Shown: piece after piece, positions 58,168 through 64,000 of the stretch
How the letters are laid out: each line of letters begins with the position of its first letter
Numbering within the stretch: the first letter of the stretch is position 1
From: a virus
Lineage: Duplodnaviria > Caudoviricetes
IMG/VR virus record: IMGVR_UViG_3300027734_003164
Span: 128,001 to 192,000 of that record
Strand: one strand, 5' to 3'
Length of the DNA: 64,000 nucleotides
Position numbers and translations under genes: made by a program
Notes under the pieces: model-generated
What the model was told of the DNA's origin: nothing
Seen by the model: the letters and a program-made list of their open reading frames with translations, nothing else
Database searches by the model: none

Positions 58168-58902
58168 ATGACAAGAAAAAAAATAACAACAGAAGAACCT
58201 GTAATTCCACAAACATTTTCAAAAAAAGATTTCATAAATGCAACAATCAAAAGAAAACAAAAAAGTAAATTTTTATCTGACAACCAAAAAGACTACTACG
58301 ATATTTTATTAAGTAATCAAATTACAATCTGTTCAGGACCTGCGGGTGTTGGTAAAAGTTACATTTCTATGAAAGCGGCTGTCGATTTATTAATTGACCC
58401 ATCGAACTCATATGAAAAAATAATTATTGTAAGACCTGCGGTTGAGGCTGAAGAAAAATTGGGTTCCTTACCGGGTAATTTAGAAGAGAAATTAGACCCT
58501 TATATTTTTCCATCTTATTATTTATTAAACAAAATTATTGGTAAGGATGTCAGAGAAAAACTAAAAGAGGCTGAAATAATTGAAGTTTTTGCTTTAGCTT
58601 ATATGAGGGGTATGAATATTGATAATTCTATTTTAATATTTGAGGAAGCTCAAAACGCAACACCAAATCAAATTAAATTACTATTGACAAGAATCGGTTT
58701 TAATAGTAAATTTTTCATATCTGGCGATTTGGAACAAACTGATAGATATAAAGATAAAAAACAATCAGGACTATACGACGCCCTTCAAAGATTTCAAAAT
58801 GTAAACGATATTGGAATTTATGATTTTAGAAATGCAAAAAACGTAAGAAACCCATTAATTGGTAAAATTTTAGAAAGATACGATGAAGAAAATAGGAATT
58901 GA
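58168..58902 (+). CDS. phoH: PhoH-family ATPase
   Basis: GPAGVGKS, RPAVE..E.LG.LPG, LAYMRG, EEAQN, GD..Q.D. Confidence 0.95.
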   Translation: MTRKKITTEEPVIPQTFSKKDFINATIKRKQKSKFLSDNQKDYYDILLSNQITICSGPAGVGKSYISMKAAVDLLIDPSNSYEKIIIVRPAVEAEEKLGSLPGNLEEKLDPYIFPSYYLLNKIIGKDVREKLKEAEIIEVFALAYMRGMNIDNSILIFEEAQNATPNQIKLLLTRIGFNSKFFISGDLEQTDRYKDKKQSGLYDALQRFQNVNDIGIYDFRNAKNVRNPLIGKILERYDEENRN

Positions 58903-59530
58903 GGTTAATGGTGTATTAAGAAATACCTTGGGTAAAATTCAACAAACTTATGAAAAGTTTTTGATTGAAAACAACTCAACAGAAAAAACTTATGTTTTGG
59001 ACGAATCAGGTAATACTGAATCAATTATACAGAAAGAAGAGTTTGAATACGAGGTGTTAGGTAATATTGACAGCCTTAATTTATTAAACCATTTTAAGTT
59101 TAAGTCTGACGATGAACTTTATGAGTTTTTATATCAAGAATTTTCGATGCAAATATTTGGTCATGCCGAATCTTCAGAGATGCACACATTTTATACCTTA
59201 AATGACATTTATTTAAAATATCGAAGTACAAATGATATTGTAATTGTCTCTGATGAAATTGGTAAATCTAAACCGGCCACATTATTTTTTTTATCAAAGT
59301 TTGGTTGTCAAATTGAAAAAATTAAATTTTATTCAGACACCACTAAAAACTCAATTTGGGATGAGGTTGATGTTTTAGTTAGTTCAAATCCAAGTTTAAT
59401 TGAAGACCATCCAGAAAACAAAGTTGTTATAAAGTTCAATACTCAATACAACAAAACAAATAAATCTGAACACGAAATCAGTTCACTTAAAGAATTAGAT
59501 GAATGTTTACAAAAATTAGGAATATGTTAG
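58883..59530 (+). CDS. 5'(3')-deoxyribonucleotidase (NT5C)-like protein with degenerate active site
   Basis: IGIEVNGVLRN in place of IxxDxDGVL; overall NT5C-like layout. Confidence 0.55.
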   Translation: MKKIGIEVNGVLRNTLGKIQQTYEKFLIENNSTEKTYVLDESGNTESIIQKEEFEYEVLGNIDSLNLLNHFKFKSDDELYEFLYQEFSMQIFGHAESSEMHTFYTLNDIYLKYRSTNDIVIVSDEIGKSKPATLFFLSKFGCQIEKIKFYSDTTKNSIWDEVDVLVSSNPSLIEDHPENKVVIKFNTQYNKTNKSEHEISSLKELDECLQKLGIC

Positions 59531-59808
59531 AATTTTTAGGTGAGAGATATTATATCGACGTACAGGAAATAGAAAATAAAATTGCAATGTCTGTCCCCAC
59601 TTTGGAATCAACTGAAGTTGAGGGTCAAAACGAACCACATATAAGTGTTTCAAAATGGGAAGTATATAAAAATTTAGTAGATGTTATATTATCCGAAAGA
59701 GAAGAACTTGATGAAAATTTAGGTATACATAGTGCCAAAAATTTATCAATCCCTTTTAAATTCGCATTCAATACTTTACTAATAAACAACATAATAAAAA
59801 AGTTATAA
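59524..59808 (+). CDS. Hypothetical protein
   Basis: MLEFLGERYY...; start set at 59524. Confidence 0.7.
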   Translation: MLEFLGERYYIDVQEIENKIAMSVPTLESTEVEGQNEPHISVSKWEVYKNLVDVILSEREELDENLGIHSAKNLSIPFKFAFNTLLINNIIKKL

Positions 59809-59812
59809 TAAA

Positions 59813-60877
59813 ATGGAATTAGACAAAATTAAAAAAATTGAAACTTCAGTTGAAAAACTTGGAAATAAAACCGCAAGAATTTATTTTTTAGTTCAAGACA
59901 CAAAAGGAAACCCGAAGGCGGGTGTTTCTTACATTTATCAAATGGCTATGTCATTGTTAAAGAAAGGATTTAACGTGAAAATGATTCACGAAACAAAAGA
60001 TTACCAAGGTGTTGGTGATTGGTTAGGAAAAGAATACATGGAAATGGAGCATATCGCAATTGAGGGTCAGAATCTTCCTATTTCACCTGAAGATTTTGTT
60101 GTTATTCCTGAATTGTACGCGCACGTTATGGAGCAACTTAAAAATTATCCATGTGGTAAATTGGTGTTGTGTCAAGCATATGATTACATGTTAGAAACTT
60201 TACCTCCAGGTATTTCATGGGCCAATTATGGGTTTTTAAAAAGTATTAGTACTTCTGAATTTCAAAAAGAATATATCAAATCAGTTTTTAAAAATGTAAG
60301 TGTTGACGTTGTTGAACCTCTTATTTCTGAAGTATTCAGTAAAAAAGACAAACCATCAAAACCAATTGTTTCTATTCACTGTAGAGAACCAAGAGACACT
60401 GCTAAAATTATCAAAAGTTTTTATTTAAAATATCCTCAGTATCGTTGGTTTACTTTTAGAGACATGAAAAACATTAGTCAAACAGACTTTTCAAAGTTTT
60501 TAAAAGAATCTTTTGTTTCGGTTTGGGTCGATAGAGAGTCAGGGTTTGGTACATTCCCAATCGAAAGCATGATTTCAAATACACCAGTAATTGGTGTGGT
60601 TCCTAATTTGAAACCTGATTGGATGAATGAAAATAACGGTATTTGGACATATTCTTTTAACGAAATTATCGACGTTTTAGCAAATTTTGCACAAAATTGG
60701 TTAGAAGACAACATCAACGAAGAGTTGTATACTAAAATGTCCGAAACTGGTGAAAAATATCAAAATAAAGAATCATTTGAAAATAAAATTGAATCTTTGT
60801 TTACTGGATATTTTAACGTAAGAAAAGAAATGTTTAGTCAACAATTAGAAAAATTAAAAATAACTGAAGAAAAATAA
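59813..60877 (+). CDS. GT-B (GT4-like) glycosyltransferase
   Basis: VVIPE..., VWVDRESGFG.FPIE.M...P.IG. Confidence 0.7.
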   Translation: MELDKIKKIETSVEKLGNKTARIYFLVQDTKGNPKAGVSYIYQMAMSLLKKGFNVKMIHETKDYQGVGDWLGKEYMEMEHIAIEGQNLPISPEDFVVIPELYAHVMEQLKNYPCGKLVLCQAYDYMLETLPPGISWANYGFLKSISTSEFQKEYIKSVFKNVSVDVVEPLISEVFSKKDKPSKPIVSIHCREPRDTAKIIKSFYLKYPQYRWFTFRDMKNISQTDFSKFLKESFVSVWVDRESGFGTFPIESMISNTPVIGVVPNLKPDWMNENNGIWTYSFNEIIDVLANFAQNWLEDNINEELYTKMSETGEKYQNKESFENKIESLFTGYFNVRKEMFSQQLEKLKITEEK

Positions 60878-60881
60878 TATT

Positions 60882-61694
60882 ATGGAAAACTTAGAAAAAT
60901 TAGATGTATCGGTAATTCTACCAATTGATTCGGCAAATAATATCATGTTTGAAGATTTATTCAACAGAGCCATTACATCCATTCAAACACAAACAAAACC
61001 TATTAATGAATTAGTAATTGTTCATTCGGGTGAAGAGTTATTAAAAAATAAATTAGATAATTACAACTTTAGTGGTCTAACAGTTACTATGGTAGAAAAT
61101 CAAAATGAATTTGATTTTTGTTCTCAAGTAAATATTGGTGTAAAACACGCTAAAAGTACTTGGATTTCTATTTTAGAATTTGATGATGAATATTCTACAA
61201 TTTGGTTTAAAAATTTCGATAGATATAGTAAATCATATTCTGAAGTTGATGCATTTTTACCTATTGTTGTTGATACTGACGAAAAAGGAGTTTTTGTTGG
61301 GTTTACTAATGAAGCCACATTTGCAGTTAGTATGAACTCAGAAATTGGTTACTTAAATAATGATACACTTTTGAATTATCAAAACTTTCAATCAAGTGGA
61401 ATTGTTATTAAAAAGTCAGTTTATGAAGAAAACGGCGGGTTTAAATCAAGTATGAAATTAACTTTTGTGTATGAGTTCTTATTAAGATTAACTTATAATT
61501 CTGTTAAAATTATGACAATTCCAAGAATTGGTTACAAACACATGAATTTAAGACCAGGTTCTATATTTTGGAATTATAAAAATGGGGAAAGTAAAATTAC
61601 AGATGATGAGGTTTCGTTTTGGATTGAGTCGGCAAAAAAAGAACATTTTTTCACAACCGATAGGAACATAAAATACGAACCACAAAATGTATAA
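60882..61694 (+). CDS. GT2 glycosyltransferase
   Basis: VSVILP, Q.NIGV..A...W.SILEFDD, FLLRL. Confidence 0.75.
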   Translation: MENLEKLDVSVILPIDSANNIMFEDLFNRAITSIQTQTKPINELVIVHSGEELLKNKLDNYNFSGLTVTMVENQNEFDFCSQVNIGVKHAKSTWISILEFDDEYSTIWFKNFDRYSKSYSEVDAFLPIVVDTDEKGVFVGFTNEATFAVSMNSEIGYLNNDTLLNYQNFQSSGIVIKKSVYEENGGFKSSMKLTFVYEFLLRLTYNSVKIMTIPRIGYKHMNLRPGSIFWNYKNGESKITDDEVSFWIESAKKEHFFTTDRNIKYEPQNV

Positions 61695-62437
61695 TGTTTT
61701 TAGAGGAGTCAAACCCTGAACATTTAGACGAAAAGAAAAAGACAGAAAAAAAAAGTAAAAATTATTTTGATGTGAGAGAGGAAGAGGCGGTGAAAGATTA
61801 TATCACCGCCGAAACTCAAATAGAAAAAGAAGAGATTTATAATAAATTTCTTAAAGAACCGTTAGATAAGATGATTGAATCAATCATAAGACGCTACAAA
61901 CTTTATAGAAAAGATATGGAGTATCGAGATTTACATACTGATACACATTCTTTTTTAATGACAAAAGTTGATAAATTTAAACCAGCTAAAAACAAAAAAG
62001 CGTATTCTTACTTTGGTACTATTTGTAAGAACTATTTAATGGGTCAAATACAAAAAGACCAAAAAGAAACAAATAGAAAAGTGTCTTATGAAGATATTTC
62101 ACAAGCATTGGAGAACAGACCTGACATGGTTTATTATTTAGAGTTTGAAAAAATTGATGCTGAAAAAATAATAGATATATTTTTAAAAGACTTAAAAGAC
62201 CACGTTAAAAATACATCAATGGCAGATGGAGAATTTAAACTTGGAAACGCCTTGATTGAATTATTTGAAAATTATGGTAATATTTTTATTGGAAATGACA
62301 ACAATAAGTTTAATAAAAATATAGTTTTACTTTCGCTTCGAGAAATGACAAATTTATCAACAAAAGAAATAAGAACATATCTAAAAAAATATAAAATTCT
62401 TTATTTGAATACTATTAGAAGAATAAATAATAATTAA
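61694..62437 (+). CDS. Phage sigma factor (T4 gp55-like late sigma)
   Basis: EEAV..Y...IY...L..M.E.II, K.DKF.P....KAYSYFGTI.KNYL (sigma region 2). Confidence 0.7.
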   Translation: MFLEESNPEHLDEKKKTEKKSKNYFDVREEEAVKDYITAETQIEKEEIYNKFLKEPLDKMIESIIRRYKLYRKDMEYRDLHTDTHSFLMTKVDKFKPAKNKKAYSYFGTICKNYLMGQIQKDQKETNRKVSYEDISQALENRPDMVYYLEFEKIDAEKIIDIFLKDLKDHVKNTSMADGEFKLGNALIELFENYGNIFIGNDNNKFNKNIVLLSLREMTNLSTKEIRTYLKKYKILYLNTIRRINNN

Positions 62438-62445
62438 AATTTATC

Positions 62446-62453
62446 TATTTATT
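62446..62453 (+). promoter_or_regulatory. Putative late promoter TATTTATT (4 nt from ATG 62458)
   Basis: tatttatt-gagt-ATG. Confidence 0.55.
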
Positions 62454-62457
62454 GAGT

Positions 62458-62832
62458 ATGGATAGAAAGAGAAAAAAAGAAATCGCATTAAACAAAGATT
62501 CAGTATTAGGTTTAATGCAAGAGATATACAACGAATTAGTTGAACAAAGGTCAACAGCCATTAGGATTCAAAATAAAATGTTAGGACTTCTTAAAGATGC
62601 TGAAGATATGACTGTTATTGGTCCCGTTATAAAAGAACAACAAAAAATTATCAACGACACAATTGAAAAGAAGTTAAGTCTTTCCAAACTTCAATCTACA
62701 ATTTGGGAAAAATCTAACAGTTCTAAAGAAGAAAATTTTTCATTGTCTGATATGGATGAAACTGTCCTTCAAAGTTTAATTCAAAAAGACATTAGTCAAA
62801 ATAATGATAATAATTTTACACTTGAAAAATAA
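62458..62832 (+). CDS. Hypothetical coiled-coil protein
   Basis: MDRKRKKEIALNKD...; TAATG coupling to the next gene. Confidence 0.7.
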   Translation: MDRKRKKEIALNKDSVLGLMQEIYNELVEQRSTAIRIQNKMLGLLKDAEDMTVIGPVIKEQQKIINDTIEKKLSLSKLQSTIWEKSNSSKEENFSLSDMDETVLQSLIQKDISQNNDNNFTLEK

Positions 62833-64000
62833 TGGCAAATCTAGACATCAATCAAGGTTATTCACAAGCTAAAAGTAAAATTAGTGCTTACCAAACTGTA
62901 AAACAAAGTAAGGAAGACGACAAAAAACAACAAAAAGAAAAAACAAGGGCTAGTACTGATAAGAAAAAAAGCGAAGTTCAAAAATCAATCAATGATTTAA
63001 AAAAAGGTGGTCAAGACAAAAAAAATCAAATAAAAAATGAAATAAAAAGTCAGTTAGAACAACTTTTAGAGTTATTCAAATCAACTTTACCAAGTGGTGG
63101 TGGGTCATCTTTAAAACTTTTAACTAACGTTTTTTTACAAGCGGCAACAAATACAAAATCAAAAATACAAGAAACGTTAGTAAGTGAAATAGTTTCAACT
63201 ATTGGGTGTTCTGAAGAACAATCATATGGTAGTGTTGCTAACCAACCAATTTATATAAAAGTTAATCAAGTGGATTTATTTAAAATATTAAAAAATTCAC
63301 CTGATGACGAAAATTTCAAATATCAATACGAAAAAAATACTACAAATAATGGTTCGTTTCCATATGCAATGAATCAACAACTTTATAAAAGATTACAAAA
63401 CCCATCACAATCCTTTTCACAAGATAATACGGGAGGTAATGGTCAAACATATCAAGGAGCATCACAATCACAAATTTTTGATATACAATACGTACAAAAT
63501 TATTTAGGTCCAAACAACTTACAAGTTACTGGTGATTTTTTCAAAGTAACCTTAAATAATCAAGCCAATAATAGAACGTCAGTTACTGATTTTTTACAAG
63601 ATTATTATAGTAGTATAGACATTATGCCTTTTGATAATTTATCAGTAAACTTAAAAAATTTACTTACAGGTTCTTTTGATTTTTCTGCTGGTTTAAGTAG
63701 TGATGAATTAAAAGAGCAGAGCAAATTCATGACCGTTTTAAAAAGAATAATGGGGATTTGTGAAGACCCAAACAAAAAAATTGATGTTGCAGGAACATCA
63801 AAACTTAGTGACATAGATGAAATTGACGATTCTTTTTTTGATGTTACAAATCAAGAATTAATGGTTATTGAGCAAGAAATTAATAATACCATTGATGGGG
63901 TTGTTGAATTTGAAGGTTGTGAAGGAATTAAATTACCAATAGATGTTTTAGCTGATAGGAAATCTCAAGATGAAATTATTAATGAAAACTCAAATAATTC
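62832..64000 (+). CDS. Large hypothetical (probably structural) protein, truncated by window end
   Basis: Frame open from ATG 62832 (MANLDINQGYSQAKSKISAYQ...) to the last base; absent from the ORF track because it has no stop. Confidence 0.8.
   Translation, partial: MANLDINQGYSQAKSKISAYQTVKQSKEDDKKQQKEKTRASTDKKKSEVQKSINDLKKGGQDKKNQIKNEIKSQLEQLLELFKSTLPSGGGSSLKLLTNVFLQAATNTKSKIQETLVSEIVSTIGCSEEQSYGSVANQPIYIKVNQVDLFKILKNSPDDENFKYQYEKNTTNNGSFPYAMNQQLYKRLQNPSQSFSQDNTGGNGQTYQGASQSQIFDIQYVQNYLGPNNLQVTGDFFKVTLNNQANNRTSVTDFLQDYYSSIDIMPFDNLSVNLKNLLTGSFDFSAGLSSDELKEQSKFMTVLKRIMGICEDPNKKIDVAGTSKLSDIDEIDDSFFDVTNQELMVIEQEINNTIDGVVEFEGCEGIKLPIDVLADRKSQDEIINENSNN

Noticed and set aside
1085-63814. Numerous 60-125-aa ORFs antisense to or nested in long genes (e.g. 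1085..1333, 11144..11482, 20299..20673, 28742..29095, 56359..56688)
   Set aside because: Shadow frames of real genes: hydrophobic or low-complexity translations, non-ATG starts, no promoter or coupling
1-64000. Stop-codon reassignment (code 15 or 4)
   Set aside because: Conserved genes are full length under code 11; TGA stops occur in ATGA couplings and TAG ends genes normally
1-64000. tRNA, rRNA or structured ncRNA genes
   Set aside because: Intergenic gaps are at most ~150 bp and are explained by promoters and terminators; no cloverleaf or T-loop motif seen

Overview
The whole window is a segment of a large, AT-rich lytic myophage genome (T4-like gene content). No rRNA, tRNA, CRISPR array, integrase, transposase or host housekeeping genes were seen, and the standard genetic code fits. 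The host is probably Bacteroidota: there are no Shine-Dalgarno sites, leaders are A-rich, and five TTG-N19/20-TATATTT(T/A) promoters are present. 1-25.4 kb (mostly minus strand): contractile tail module in canonical order (head closure, tail terminator, sheath, tube, tail chaperone, tape measure, 2180-aa tube-initiator-like protein, gp53/gpX-like wedge protein, 2191-aa hub), followed by a gp32-like SSB. 25.5-38 kb: SNF2 helicase, Mn/Fe SOD, neck protein, family B DNA polymerase, baseplate/fibre proteins, and a late cluster with a stand-alone WYL protein. 38.2-62.4 kb: one tightly coupled ~24 kb operon with more than a dozen glycosyltransferase-like genes, Gmd+Fcl (GDP-L-fucose), and a phosphoribulokinase-like/class II aldolase/HAD/GDPD/double-nucleotidyltransferase cassette, interleaved with an exonuclease, dUTPase, PhoH and a degenerate 5'-nucleotidase, and ending in a gp55-like sigma factor. 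Best leads: (1) the phage glycan pathway with a candidate ketose-activation cassette; (2) a +1 UUU_CGC frameshift in the tail chaperone; (3) a recurrent TATTTAT(A/T/C) late promoter, the reverse complement of the T4 one, sometimes only 3-4 nt from the ATG; (4) N-terminal leaders ending in (L/I)-x-E on SOD, WYL and HAD proteins, suggesting head-packaged cargo; (5) a ~52-aa repeat array plus an OmpA-like domain in a baseplate protein; (6) a small Cys module inserted in two unrelated virion proteins. All family calls are from motifs read by eye; no database search was run.
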